64,000 bases of DNA from a virus (IMGVR_UViG_3300048834_000169:1-64000); one strand, 5' to 3'. Counted from the first letter of the stretch, positions 38,101 to 47,737 are shown. Program-made: numbers and translations. Notes: generated by a model from the letters alone, not told the origin.

Positions 38101-38928
38101 GGCTAGGCTACTCGCGGATAAGCCTATTGTAGAGCTTGTGCTAGGCGCCCCTAATATTAAGTTTTGATTAGAGTCTTTATAGCCCCATACTACGCGATAA
38201 GCTACTTGTGAATTCTGCGGCATTATAGGCGAAGTTGCTGCATCTACTAATTCTAGGTCCGTATCCAGAGCTTTAGGGGCTCCAATTTCAGACACGTATC
38301 CAGATACGCGGTCCAACTTTTTCATGCCAGTATCTGACGTGAAATAAAAGTTACTATTTACAGCTTCCACTCCACGGATCTTATTAGACGAGTCTATCTG
38401 ATTAATGTGGTAAGTCTTGGCTTCAAGGACAGGGCCTGGAATAGTTGCGGAGCCTGATGGCGTCCCAGTCATGGTATAGGTAAATGTAGTGGAGTTACTT
38501 ACAGTAACGGTAAAAGTACCGTTATATTCGTCTTTATCGGCACCAGAAATTACTACGGAGTCTCCGGTAACTAGTTTATGTGGCTTAAAAGAAACATAAG
38601 TAGCAGTAGTTCCAGAGTTTGTAAGTGAGTTAGCATATACCCACATTTGCTCTTTATATATAGTAAACGTGCCTGGACTAGCTACTAAGTCGTACGACAA
38701 TAAGTCAGAATGGTGTCTTAAGATCGTGTCCTTATAGTCCAGCATCTGCTTAGCGGTGCCGCCACTAAACTCCACGCCGTATACCTTAAAACCACGCCGA
38801 GACTCTAGTACGTCGTCACTGTCGATAATTACGTTCTCAGCTTCAACAAGCGCGCCCTCTGGAACTGATCCAATGGAGTTGGGGTCGGTATACAGGCCCG
38901 CAATCTTAAGTAGGGTACGGACAGCCAC
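35116..38928 (-). CDS. Tail nozzle / head-stabilisation protein (P22 gp10 / T7 gp12-like) with inserted beta domains
   Basis: GLYTD...PEGALVEAENV N-terminus, NRIYYSK, beta-propeller-like segments, WG..PWGG.PWGG C-terminus. Confidence 0.7.
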   Translation of the reverse strand: MAVRTLLKIAGLYTDPNSIGSVPEGALVEAENVIIDSDDVLESRRGFKVYGVEFSGGTAKQMLDYKDTILRHHSDLLSYDLVASPGTFTIYKEQMWVYANSLTNSGTTATYVSFKPHKLVTGDSVVISGADKDEYNGTFTVTVSNSTTFTYTMTGTPSGSATIPGPVLEAKTYHINQIDSSNKIRGVEAVNSNFYFTSDTGMKKLDRVSGYVSEIGAPKALDTDLELVDAATSPIMPQNSQVAYRVVWGYKDSNQNLILGAPSTSSTIGLSASSLAIPDFNALLDKLDDAAAINTGTLTDTDYNTLAIGTTASAVELNAALKELCFKLEADIGHSNPDPAVYGSTGVITNIPTGTAGSSVIITANNTLSVGDSVTLANTTSFPSIDGTYDITARTATNFTIKIDQAITVAATGVDVGSWTSGIAQYYPAPEVDNEEAFIEQQAFFDEVVDALIAEPNAHISAQGTLTIPTGLAGAISVTTNDTHLMANGASVEITGSTTTPSIDGTYTISNVTATTFDITVAADITVSGTADYIGQAQLAANFTNAIQGKNVTLTFTVPEGITTNYFYQIYRTQASSGLNINPGDDMGLVFESNPTAQQILDGIIEVTDETPDGFRGADLYTNPRQEGILQANEQPPFAKDVAIYKNIAFYANTKTRHKRLLSLTGVSGLVGTSLWVGNTRYDFVSGTPANGNEIEVQTSGTPAQNVDTTARNLVRTINRYADNTAIYAYYISGVDDIPGKLLLEARSISSSAFYVMSNSVTVGSTNFSPSVAPENNPITSISSATSAVITTTTAHGLQVGDQVYLVDTDTDELCDGLRTITARSSNTFTVAVNTTTSGSTARGFFKKAALAVVSDNEVTKNRIYYSKQNIYEAVPTLNFFNVGSGDKDILRIVALRDSLFVLKADGVYRISGETTSSLIVDAFDLSAQVRGPDTVAIGNNQIYAFSNQGVCTISDNGVLVISRPVEDQLLKLAPNANIPSTAFAVFYQTDRKYILWLPEDSNDTVSQRAWVYNNVTQAWTNWIQSKTCAIVNSNDDKLYLGASDINAIEQERKSFTRSDYADREYALSIVSYDATNSIATLSSVANVAIGDILVQTVSHTMELDYGSYDYEVEAKVVAVNAARSTVTVETVYDLITGPITLYKAYQCKITWAPEDAGNEGEIKQFREATARFKKSRITTPVLAFSSDLQSGFEEIQLLGPGLGNWGYFPWGGVPWGGDSRQRGFRTYIPLGKQRCSLLNCQFKHKVAREEWQLEGISLVVEVSSPRINR

Positions 38929-38930
38929 GA

Positions 38931-39899
38931 TTAATACCTCCGCAAGCGTCGATTAAATGAATTACCTATAAATGTGTTAGGGTTTTTAACTTTACGTCCA
39001 GGAGCTTCTACTCTGCTGTCTATAACACTCAAGAGCTTTACTTCCATTTCCTGGAGTTTAGCATTAGCGTTAGCTAATCCTTGAGTATCGCCAATAGCTT
39101 CAAGTACGCGACAAGCTACTGCCTGCGCCACCATTACTTGTAGTTCTGATGGCACTTGAGGGATAACAGTCTCGCCGGCTGTGCAAACAAAGTCGCCTAC
39201 GATTAGTTCAGAAGGAACGTCAACAGTGTTGATTGTAATAGTTCGGCTAGCGGCGCTTACAGCCTGAACTGTAATATCATAGCCTTTTGTCTTGTGGTTG
39301 GATTTAGCTTGTATAAAGTCTACTTCTGAGCCTGTAGTGAAGTTAGTAGGCATAGTTGTGCTAATTACTATGTCCGTTAGAGTGGTATTGCCAACTCTCT
39401 CTGTTATGGAAGTAATCTGGCCGCCGCGACTCATTGGCACTACCTTATTAGGTTTCATGTAATACTTCATCACTAGGGACGACGTTACCGTTCCCTGAAT
39501 AGGCGGCAGAATGACTAGTTCATCCGACTGAAGATAGAACCCAGCTTCTTGAAATGAGAAGGATGTAGCTTGATAGTCTGGTAGGAACTCCATGCCTATT
39601 TGTGCAAGCGGTCTAGATGTTCCGTCAGATGTGAGTAAATAAACGTAGCGCACTTTACCGCCAATAGCGCGGTACGGTATCTTATAATTAGACTGATTAG
39701 CAACGAGGGGGACTGTCTCGGTAGTAACGTAGAATTCTTCTCTAACTGATAAGATAGAAGGGACGATTTTAAGGTCGATTTCTTCTGTAGCGAAGTTTAA
39801 TAAATCAGCATCAGTAAACGAAATCTGGGCAAGTGGAACTGCCGCCCTCAATTTAATGGAGGCTAGTAGTTCACTCGAGTCCATATATAGCTTTGACAT
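38931..39899 (-). CDS. Head-tail adaptor-like protein
   Basis: ELLASIK.R...DLLNFATEE; IPQVPSELQ...A..LEAIGD; directly upstream of the nozzle gene. Confidence 0.65.
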   Translation of the reverse strand: MSKLYMDSSELLASIKLRAAVPLAQISFTDADLLNFATEEIDLKIVPSILSVREEFYVTTETVPLVANQSNYKIPYRAIGGKVRYVYLLTSDGTSRPLAQIGMEFLPDYQATSFSFQEAGFYLQSDELVILPPIQGTVTSSLVMKYYMKPNKVVPMSRGGQITSITERVGNTTLTDIVISTTMPTNFTTGSEVDFIQAKSNHKTKGYDITVQAVSAASRTITINTVDVPSELIVGDFVCTAGETVIPQVPSELQVMVAQAVACRVLEAIGDTQGLANANAKLQEMEVKLLSVIDSRVEAPGRKVKNPNTFIGNSFNRRLRRY

Positions 39900-39925
39900 G
39901 TTAGCTCCTTTTTCAGCTAACTAGC

Positions 39926-40288
39926 TTAAGCTTTAAGTTTCTTGGCCTTGAGAGCAGCTAATTTAGCTTCTAATTCTGCAATTTCGTCAGATTCGTCAGA
40001 CATTTCTTCAGATGACTCTTCAGCAAGTTCTTCCATATCATCTGAATCTTCAGACTCTTTAGAGTCTAAGGGCATATCTTCTAAGATGTCTTCAGCTTTT
40101 TCTAAGCCCTTTTTAAGACCTTCAGAATCTTTAGCAGCTACGGTAACTTTCTTCATACCGTCGAGCTCCATGTCGTCTTCGCCCATACCTTCGTGGATAA
40201 GGCCCATAGCCATTTTACGAAGACTCTTGAGCAAATCAAGCTTAGCTTTTTTGTCCATTGACATCTCTTCTTTTTGTTTCTTTTCCAT
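39926..40288 (-). CDS. Acidic charged protein
   Basis: E/D/K/M-rich ORF. Confidence 0.7.
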   Translation of the reverse strand: MEKKQKEEMSMDKKAKLDLLKSLRKMAMGLIHEGMGEDDMELDGMKKVTVAAKDSEGLKKGLEKAEDILEDMPLDSKESEDSDDMEELAEESSEEMSDESDEIAELEAKLAALKAKKLKA

Positions 40289-40323
40289 GTGTTAACTAAT
40301 CCCCTATACTACTAATTTGTTTC

Positions 40324-40779
40324 TTACTTCGTCACTAGCCAAGCGGCTAAAGCGACGTATTTAATAATTCCAAGCACTACCATAGCTTTTACCCATACCG
40401 GAATGTGCTTAACTTCCTTAATTACTGGTATTTTAATGATTTTTTCAACTTCTTTAACTACTTCAACTTCCCTAATCACTTCGACAGGAACCTCTACTGT
40501 ACGCACTACTTCTTTTACAACTTCCTTTACAACCTCTTTTACAACTTCCTTAATTACAGGAACTTCTTCTTTACGTTCAACAATCACTTCCTTGATCACA
40601 GGTACTTCTACTATAACTTCCTTAATTACTTCGATAGGACGCTCTATAATCTCTTTTACGACGACTTCTCTATCCAAAGGCGCATTGCTCATGTCTTCCA
40701 CTAAAGTTTCAATAGCGGGGCTTATAGCGCGTTTAACGGGCTGTGTGGGGCCCTTTTTGTTAAGGTATAGTCGTCCCAT
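40324..40779 (-). CDS. V/I-K-E-V repeat protein with C-terminal TM anchor
   Basis: EVPVIKEV / KEVV tandem repeats. Confidence 0.75.
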   Translation of the reverse strand: MGRLYLNKKGPTQPVKRAISPAIETLVEDMSNAPLDREVVVKEIIERPIEVIKEVIVEVPVIKEVIVERKEEVPVIKEVVKEVVKEVVKEVVRTVEVPVEVIREVEVVKEVEKIIKIPVIKEVKHIPVWVKAMVVLGIIKYVALAAWLVTK

Positions 40780-40785
40780 TGTAGG

Positions 40786-41271
40786 TTAGCTCCTAGCCAA
40801 TAAATGAAGTGTGGCAGTACCTACTGTAATTGAATTAGCGCCAGAAAGCACTACTCTAACTCGTCGAGCCAGGTCAGTGACTTTAGCGGATTTTAGATTT
40901 GCGGTCCCCGTAATAGCTAGTGTAGTTCCGCTAGGAATCCACACGTTGCCCGAGTCTTCGGGACTTATTTCAATGGATACTGTAGCTGAGCCTGTTATGC
41001 CTGCGCCTACGTCTACTAGGAGCTGCATCTCTTGTCGACCCGAAACGTCTAAAGCCGCTACTAAAGTTCCCGTAGATGCGCTATCGATTGAGCCTTCTTC
41101 TGAAACTAAGCTTTTTTCTGCAGCTACGCTATCGCCGTCAGCCGCGCTAAGCTCAATAGCTATTCCGGAGGTGTCGGCTAGAATAATCCGAACTGCATCG
41201 TCATTAGCGTCGATAGTACGCTTCTGAGCTTGTTGCAAGTCGAGAGATGTTAGGTTTGGGTTTAATGCCAT
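40786..41271 (-). CDS. Virion structural protein (beta-sandwich)
   Basis: Composition and position. Confidence 0.6.
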   Translation of the reverse strand: MALNPNLTSLDLQQAQKRTIDANDDAVRIILADTSGIAIELSAADGDSVAAEKSLVSEEGSIDSASTGTLVAALDVSGRQEMQLLVDVGAGITGSATVSIEISPEDSGNVWIPSGTTLAITGTANLKSAKVTDLARRVRVVLSGANSITVGTATLHLLARS

Positions 41272-41272
41272 G

Positions 41273-41557
41273 TTACTGACCTTCCTTGTTTTTAGCGTCT
41301 AAACTAGCGTTATCTTTATTGCCACTAATCCTTCGGCCTAGATACGCGCCAAGCGTTATTATAACCAAATAATTAGCATTATTCAAGTCTACGTCTCCGA
41401 TAAGATTAGTTACTTTTCCAATTTGACCAAGCAAGGCTGTAGTAAAGCTAATAACCGCCATAGTGCCTGTTACAGTGGGCGCGCCATTAATGCGTAATAG
41501 TGGCAGAGGGACGCCCTGCTCGTTCATCTTCTGTATTAATAGCTTTAGCTTTTGCAT
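41273..41557 (-). CDS. Two-TM small protein (holin candidate)
   Basis: Two hydrophobic segments, AYLGRR, charged tail. Confidence 0.55.
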   Translation of the reverse strand: MQKLKLLIQKMNEQGVPLPLLRINGAPTVTGTMAVISFTTALLGQIGKVTNLIGDVDLNNANYLVIITLGAYLGRRISGNKDNASLDAKNKEGQ

Positions 41558-41568
41558 TATAGTAATCC

Positions 41569-43581
41569 TTATACGCTAAGTGCCCACGCTCTAAATTTAA
41601 TCGTACAGGAAACGAACCCACTCGCATTGCCGGAGGTGTACTGTACCTGACCTGCGTTAGTAATAGTTAAATCAATACCTGAGAGGTCTCCGCTAGATGT
41701 TTCAGCAAGATCCCAAGAAGCACCTTTTTGGATGCCCCTGAGTTCTTTTACTTCATATGCGTCTGTGTCGGCGTCAAGGGTGATGGTCGCCAGGGCTTTA
41801 AATCCTCGCACTACGCCGTTAGCGAAAGCTAATCCGGTAACGTTAGCTGGAGATCCTTGGTTATTAGCCGCGCTAAAGCTAGTCTCTGCGATATCGCCTG
41901 CGCTAGCTCCGGCTGCTGCGATTTCAATAGATCCAGCTCCGTTAGTGATACTAATTCCAGCACCAGCGGTCAAGGTAGCAGCAGCGGGAGAAGCTCCAGT
42001 AGAGCCTATAAGAAGTTGGCCGTCAGTAAGGGCGGCAGCTTCTGACATTACGCCAGTGCCGTCGTTAATTAATACTCTGTGCGCGTTACCGCTAGCTAGT
42101 TTAGACCTAGCGATTGCAGCAGCGGCAGCTACTTGGGTATTTGTAATACCGCTATCAGCGACTTTTAATCCGTCAACTGATTTAGAGAGCGTAGCGCCGT
42201 CTAGCTCAAGAGCTAACTGCCCGCCCACTAAGTCCAGACCCTCGCCGTCGTGGTCGATGCTAAGAGGAGAGCCAGCTCCGCCAGCAATACCGTCGCCAGC
42301 TACTGAAGCGTTTAATTTGTCTTCGTTTACTGCGCCGTCCGTAATTTGAACGTCTGTAATACCGTTATCTGCTACTTTAAGGCCGCTAGCAGACTTAGAT
42401 AGCGTAGATCCGTCAAGTTCAAGAGCTAGTTGCGTAGCTGTGAACTGAAGGCCTTGACCATCGTGGTCTACGGAAATGTTAGATCCAGAGACAGTGATAC
42501 CGTCTCCGCCCACAAGAGATGAGCTGGAGTTAAAGAATACAAAGTCGATATCGCTTACGCCGATAGTAGCTACAGTACCAGACTGAACGTATACTTTACC
42601 GGTATTAGCTGTACCTTCTTGAACAGCTACCATTGCACCGTTAATTTCATCGATAGGGCTAAGGCTGTCAAAGTCTGTAGCCCTAACAGGAGCGCCAGAA
42701 GCTTGAACTACATATATACCGTTCTCAGTAGCATCGGCCTGATCTTTGATAAGAACGCGGTTGCCAGTAGCCAGTACTACGCCGTCTACGGTGTCGCCGT
42801 TTTCGAAGTCGGACGCTAAAGTCAGCGGGCCGGTAGTAGCTACGCGTGCTGCAGTTTTAGGCTTAAGTCCTTCAGCTACGGAGTCTACGTAAGCTTTGGT
42901 AGCAGCGTCGGTAGACAGCGTAGGGGCACCTAGTCCAGTAACTTTATTGCCGCCCATAGCTAGATCGCCTGACATGGTGTCGCCAGCTTTAGCTACTTTA
43001 TCGTCAAGTTGATCTTGGATGGCCGATGTGACGCCGCTGAGGTAGCTTAACTCAGTGCTAGTGGTAGCTGAGGCTGTAATAACGCCAGAGCCGTCTGACT
43101 CTAGCGCTCGGCTAGCGGTGACTGGGGCGAGTTTATCTAAATCAATATTAGCGCCAGCGTTAATTTCAGTATTAGTAACTGCTCCGGCTTTAATCTCTAA
43201 ACCGCCAAGCTCTGTTGCTAGGATATCGCCTAAAGTTCCGGTATCTACGGCAGCGGCTTCGTTAGAAGCATTTCCAACTAAGATATGCTCTTCGTTTAGT
43301 GCGAGATCTACTTTATCGTCTAATTGATCTTGGATTGCGCTAGTTACGCCGTTAAGGTACTGAAATTCAGTGTTAGATACTGACCCATCGGCTAACTTAG
43401 CTGCGTCGATGGCCGCGCCAGATTTAATGTCGGCGTTCTCGATGTTAGTTATAGTATTCTGATCGGCATCAATAGTCTTGTTAGTTACTGACTGCGCTGT
43501 AGACTCCTTTAACACTTCTACGCTGTTTACTGTGAGTGACGAGCCTTGTACTACTAGATTACCCTTAATTCTTTGTGACAT
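41569..43581 (-). CDS. Fibre / virion decoration protein
   Basis: YLxGVTSAIQDQLDDKV repeats, GDTMSGDL, DAATKAYVD, RVLIKDQ...ENGIY. Confidence 0.8.
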   Translation of the reverse strand: MSQRIKGNLVVQGSSLTVNSVEVLKESTAQSVTNKTIDADQNTITNIENADIKSGAAIDAAKLADGSVSNTEFQYLNGVTSAIQDQLDDKVDLALNEEHILVGNASNEAAAVDTGTLGDILATELGGLEIKAGAVTNTEINAGANIDLDKLAPVTASRALESDGSGVITASATTSTELSYLSGVTSAIQDQLDDKVAKAGDTMSGDLAMGGNKVTGLGAPTLSTDAATKAYVDSVAEGLKPKTAARVATTGPLTLASDFENGDTVDGVVLATGNRVLIKDQADATENGIYVVQASGAPVRATDFDSLSPIDEINGAMVAVQEGTANTGKVYVQSGTVATIGVSDIDFVFFNSSSSLVGGDGITVSGSNISVDHDGQGLQFTATQLALELDGSTLSKSASGLKVADNGITDVQITDGAVNEDKLNASVAGDGIAGGAGSPLSIDHDGEGLDLVGGQLALELDGATLSKSVDGLKVADSGITNTQVAAAAAIARSKLASGNAHRVLINDGTGVMSEAAALTDGQLLIGSTGASPAAATLTAGAGISITNGAGSIEIAAAGASAGDIAETSFSAANNQGSPANVTGLAFANGVVRGFKALATITLDADTDAYEVKELRGIQKGASWDLAETSSGDLSGIDLTITNAGQVQYTSGNASGFVSCTIKFRAWALSV

Positions 43582-43593
43582 TTTTTATACCCT

Positions 43594-43929
43594 TTATAAA
43601 ATTAAAACTAGTCCGGCAAATCGCGTGTCCGGCGTTTCTAAAACCTTAATCGATACGTCTCCAGATGAGTTTATCTGAAGCGCGTTAACTCCTACTAATT
43701 CATATACACCTGCGCCCATATCTTCATACACAAGAGCCGCGGGGTATAAGCCCTTTCCGTGCGTAGCTGCGGCAATAGTAATAGTATACTCGCCACCGCT
43801 AGCTGAGCCCCAAGAAGTAGTGGCATTAAAAGTAGAGGTATAACGTTCAGCCGGACCTCCGCCCCCACCGCCTCCGCCGGCCCCCACTAAATCAAAATTC
43901 CCTGTTATAGGGTTAAATTGGAGGCTCAA
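43594..43929 (-). CDS. Small virion protein
   Basis: FNPITGNFD followed by poly-Gly. Confidence 0.65.
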   Translation of the reverse strand: MSLQFNPITGNFDLVGAGGGGGGGGPAERYTSTFNATTSWGSASGGEYTITIAAATHGKGLYPAALVYEDMGAGVYELVGVNALQINSSGDVSIKVLETPDTRFAGLVLIL

Positions 43930-43930
43930 G

Positions 43931-44200
43931 TTATACTACCCTCTCGGCAGAGAGTAGGGTCTGCCTAGTTCCGTCAGTGTAAATAATGCGTAAAGTGTAC
44001 AGTACTGCGGCGTTTTCTGAAAATTCTAAATCTGTAGTATCGTTGGGCACTGTAGTAGTTAGTATAGTTTGGGTAATTTTGCGCCCGATCTTACCAACTA
44101 GAAAGCCGCTAGTCGTAATGGACTGGTCTTCGAGATTAACCGATCCCTGTAGTACTTGTGATCCTTCTACGTTAGCTAATCCTTTAGTAGTTTTTGCCAT
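43931..44200 (-). CDS. Small virion protein
   Basis: Packed in late operon. Confidence 0.6.
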   Translation of the reverse strand: MAKTTKGLANVEGSQVLQGSVNLEDQSITTSGFLVGKIGRKITQTILTTTVPNDTTDLEFSENAAVLYTLRIIYTDGTRQTLLSAERVV

Positions 44201-44204
44201 ACAC

Positions 44205-47072
44205 TCAACCTATCCCGCCCCGTTTATTTATGCTGAAATGATTTTGTTGAGCGGAAGCGCTCAGCGGAACAGTCCCGCCTGAGTTTTGGTTAATGTAAAA
44301 CTCAATGTAGTCTCCTGCGTCCATTCTCATAGTTGTACCACCATTCAAACTAACAACTATTGATGTGCCAGTTACGCCGCCGAATCTTGCAAGAGTTTTC
44401 CTATCGGGGAATGTGACAGATCCATTTTTCCTAATTTCAAGTTCAGCGCGTTCGTTTACAGCCCAACCGTTTTCAGAGGCAAATGTGACAATTGCTCGAA
44501 TGTCATACAATCCAGAAATTGGAGCAGTAAATCTGTTAGTTGAAGTGTTCCATGTCCCATCATGAGTATTGTGCGCAAGAGTAGCGAATGGCAAAACCGT
44601 GTCTGTGTTGTTCGAGATGCTAGTTCCTAATGCATTTCCATAGCTCAAAGAAACAACTTCACTTGCAGCGATTTGTGCAGGCCCCGCAGACCTTTTTATA
44701 GATATTGCGCAATCAGCTCCTGAACCTCCAGTTGAAACTATTGTACTACTTCCAGAAGCTTGAGAGATCCTAACGTCTATTAAATCTCCGGCCACGCAAG
44801 GAACAATGAGAGTCCCTGAGTTAATAATACTAAACGATGAAGTAGTTGGATAACGCTGGGCATCTAAATAACCAAATTGAGTGCCGTTTTTGAAAACTCG
44901 AAGACTTGTTCCATTGTTTACTGCACCCGCTGTGACGTTCCCGAGTGTGACATATCCATTCACTTCATAATCTCCGGCAACTGGTGCCCGAAAATTCCAA
45001 GAAGCTCCGGTTGTAACCGCGCTGTGAGTGTCTTTAATCTTCACGTTGCAATCAACAACAAAGGTGTTAGCGGTAGTGAGTGTTGGCGTAGCAGTTGCGC
45101 CGCTGATTTGATATATGGCGGAAATATCTCTCGTGTCAGCGTCTTGTCCGAGAATTGCGGTTGCTCCCCAACCAGAGATAGGAACTCGGAAGTTTCCTCC
45201 GAAAATAGTGCCGTTAGCCCACGTTGTTCCTGGACTACCTGCCGTCAAAGACGATCCGCTACCAATTAAAAATACTTTATCGTTTGCAGATGCTTTTGCA
45301 ATAGTTCCGCTGAAGGGCGTCGCAGATGCGGCTAAATCGCCCACAACTGTGTTTTGACCGATTTTTGTGCTGTCTGCTGTAGTACCTGCTGGAAGTGAAA
45401 TTGAAACAGCCGTTCCAGAGTGCGTTCCGCCAGTCACGGTAAAGTGAACAACCAAGTCCGCCCCATCTCTCCAGTAATACGCCGTAAGAGCGGAAACTGT
45501 TCCAAGACCCTCAAATGTTGGAGAATAAGAAGTTGGTCCCGTTATTACTGCGCCATTTACGACCTTACTTGGACCTACCTGGAAGTTATCGAACTTCACG
45601 GTGTATCCAGTGTCCGCTGTCACTTGATGAATCAAAAGCCTGTAGCTTGTTGAGTTCGATGCTGCTTGAAATTCAAATCTAAGTTCTGCGGAGCCAATAA
45701 CCCGCTGGATGCTATAATTACTGGGCTGAATGAGCAGCGCATTAGTCACATCGTAGATCCAGATAGCCAAGTCACCATTATCAAAGCTAGAGGGCGTATT
45801 TATTTCCATGTACACTGTGCCGGTAAGAACTTGAGCCTTCAAAGCTGAATCTACCGTAAAGTCTGTACTTACACCGTTTCCGAGAGCTCCTGGCGTATAC
45901 AAAAAGCTAGCTGCGCCAACTAATGGTGAACTAGTAGATCTAGTCCAAGTGGCTGTAGGCGAGCCGCCAGTGCCGTCTACAGGGATAGCAGAGCCGTCTG
46001 CATAAGTAGTCCACCCAGTAGTTGAACTTTCCGCGTCGGGGTTCTGGATATAGTTTATGCCGCCGCCGCTGCCCGCGCCTACTTTAGACTCAGTCCCATC
46101 ATCATTCTGCTGGTACAAGAATCCGTCTGATTTAGCATACAGATTGAGATACCCAGAAGCTGGCGTAGCTGGAGTAGCTAATTCAGGCAATCTTAGCGGC
46201 GATCCTTCTACAGAAACTACTCCAGTCCCGTTAGGATCTAGTAATATGTTGCCGTTAGTGTCCGTCGAGCTAAGAGTATTGCCGTCCAGGCGAAGATTGT
46301 CTACGTTTAAAAGTCCAGTTACGGTGGTAGGTGCCTGAAGATCGACGATCCCAGTACCATCTGGCAAAAGGGTAATATTCCCATTTGTATCTGTAGATGC
46401 AATTGTATTACCGTCAAAAGACAGATTGTCTACGGCAAGGGAGCCGCTAACTTCTACTGGCCCAGTAGCTGCGATAGCGCCGCCACCCGAAACAGTTAGA
46501 TTTATGTTATTACCTGCAGCCGCAGATAAGTCTAATGACGAGGTAGGCGATGATACTGTATTAGCGTCAATACGCACATCGTCCACGTCTAGCTGCGTAA
46601 TTCCGGAAACTTCGTCAGTATCGCTGACTACAATTCCAGAAGCTTGGATTACGTCTCCACCTGTGCCATCGAATCTTGGTAAAGTATTATCTACTGATAC
46701 CGCTGGCCCTTCGACTTTATCATCTAATTGACCTTGAATAGGAGCGCTAACGCCGTCTAAGTACTGATACTCTGCGTTAGATACAGAACCGTCTGCGATC
46801 TTAGTAGCGTCAATGGCCGCGCCGGCTTTGATATTAGCATCTGCTACGTTTAAAAGCGTATTGGCGTCGGCGTCGATGGTACTAGACTCTATGTTTTTAT
46901 TGTTAAGGTCCTGAGCTTTGTCTTCAGAAACTAGAGAATCAGTGGTAGAAGCTCCGCGAATCTTAGCTTTGTCAGTGGCGCTATCGTACGCTATTTCGCC
47001 TTGCACAGTGAGTGTAGGACTAGCTACGGGAATCAGTACTGCGGACTTTTTTATTTTGAATGGGGTATCCAT
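44205..47072 (-). CDS. Tail fibre / receptor-binding protein with C-terminal C1q-like domains
   Basis: VDNLxxDGNTxxSTDTNGNI repeats; FRAPVAGDY and FTAPISGLY C1q-type motifs. Confidence 0.8.
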   Translation of the reverse strand: MDTPFKIKKSAVLIPVASPTLTVQGEIAYDSATDKAKIRGASTTDSLVSEDKAQDLNNKNIESSTIDADANTLLNVADANIKAGAAIDATKIADGSVSNAEYQYLDGVSAPIQGQLDDKVEGPAVSVDNTLPRFDGTGGDVIQASGIVVSDTDEVSGITQLDVDDVRIDANTVSSPTSSLDLSAAAGNNINLTVSGGGAIAATGPVEVSGSLAVDNLSFDGNTIASTDTNGNITLLPDGTGIVDLQAPTTVTGLLNVDNLRLDGNTLSSTDTNGNILLDPNGTGVVSVEGSPLRLPELATPATPASGYLNLYAKSDGFLYQQNDDGTESKVGAGSGGGINYIQNPDAESSTTGWTTYADGSAIPVDGTGGSPTATWTRSTSSPLVGAASFLYTPGALGNGVSTDFTVDSALKAQVLTGTVYMEINTPSSFDNGDLAIWIYDVTNALLIQPSNYSIQRVIGSAELRFEFQAASNSTSYRLLIHQVTADTGYTVKFDNFQVGPSKVVNGAVITGPTSYSPTFEGLGTVSALTAYYWRDGADLVVHFTVTGGTHSGTAVSISLPAGTTADSTKIGQNTVVGDLAASATPFSGTIAKASANDKVFLIGSGSSLTAGSPGTTWANGTIFGGNFRVPISGWGATAILGQDADTRDISAIYQISGATATPTLTTANTFVVDCNVKIKDTHSAVTTGASWNFRAPVAGDYEVNGYVTLGNVTAGAVNNGTSLRVFKNGTQFGYLDAQRYPTTSSFSIINSGTLIVPCVAGDLIDVRISQASGSSTIVSTGGSGADCAISIKRSAGPAQIAASEVVSLSYGNALGTSISNNTDTVLPFATLAHNTHDGTWNTSTNRFTAPISGLYDIRAIVTFASENGWAVNERAELEIRKNGSVTFPDRKTLARFGGVTGTSIVVSLNGGTTMRMDAGDYIEFYINQNSGGTVPLSASAQQNHFSINKRGGIG

Positions 47073-47074
47073 AA

Positions 47075-47737
47075 TTATGTGTTTCCTTCATTTTCCGGAA
47101 ATTGTTGTTTATGTTTTGAGATAAATACTACTCTATCTTTTTTGTTATTTGAGGCGGACTTATCATTCATACAGCGCCCTAGTGTTCTTAAACTTATACC
47201 ATATGCTCTTGCTGCGCTGCTTAGTCCGAGAAAAGAAGTTTTGTTTCCATTTTTCTCAAACGTAAAGACAAATTTCTTTTTTTCGGACATTTTTTTGACC
47301 TGTTCTTCTGGCATTTTCTTACCTAAACAAGCTGCTCGACATGCCGCAATTCTTTTAGCCACCATGGCCGGAGTGTGCAGGTGGGCAGGCTTTTTACCTT
47401 TTTTACTTTGCGATAATTTTTTTCTGCTTTCTTCATTAAATTGAACACTACCGTCCCCGCCCGAGGTCATATTGTACCCAAATTCTTGTAAATTACTTCT
47501 ATACTTTGCTATGTAATATTTTTCTAGTTCCTGTAGTAAGCTATGGTCATTTGAGTACATATTAAATAAGATTACGACTTTAAAATTGTCTATACCATAC
47601 TTCGCAGCTGCACGCTTTAGCGCTACGTTTGTTGTGGCCGTAGCCCAGCATTTTCCGTATCTATACTTAAAGCACTTATAAGTCTTACCTATATAACACT
47701 TATTATTAACTGTATTTAGTATTTGATATATTTGCAT
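47075..47737 (-). CDS. Free-standing GIY-YIG homing endonuclease (Seg-like) with NUMOD repeats
   Basis: QIYQI...CYIGKT, LEKYYI, GYNMTSGG; only 5- and 2-nt gaps to neighbours, so no room for an intron. Confidence 0.88.
   Translation of the reverse strand: MQIYQILNTVNNKCYIGKTYKCFKYRYGKCWATATTNVALKRAAAKYGIDNFKVVILFNMYSNDHSLLQELEKYYIAKYRSNLQEFGYNMTSGGDGSVQFNEESRKKLSQSKKGKKPAHLHTPAMVAKRIAACRAACLGKKMPEEQVKKMSEKKKFVFTFEKNGNKTSFLGLSSAARAYGISLRTLGRCMNDKSASNNKKDRVVFISKHKQQFPENEGNT

Noticed and set aside
47075-47737. Intron around this GIY-YIG gene
   Set aside because: Flanking genes are complete and only 5 and 2 nt away, leaving no room for a ribozyme core.
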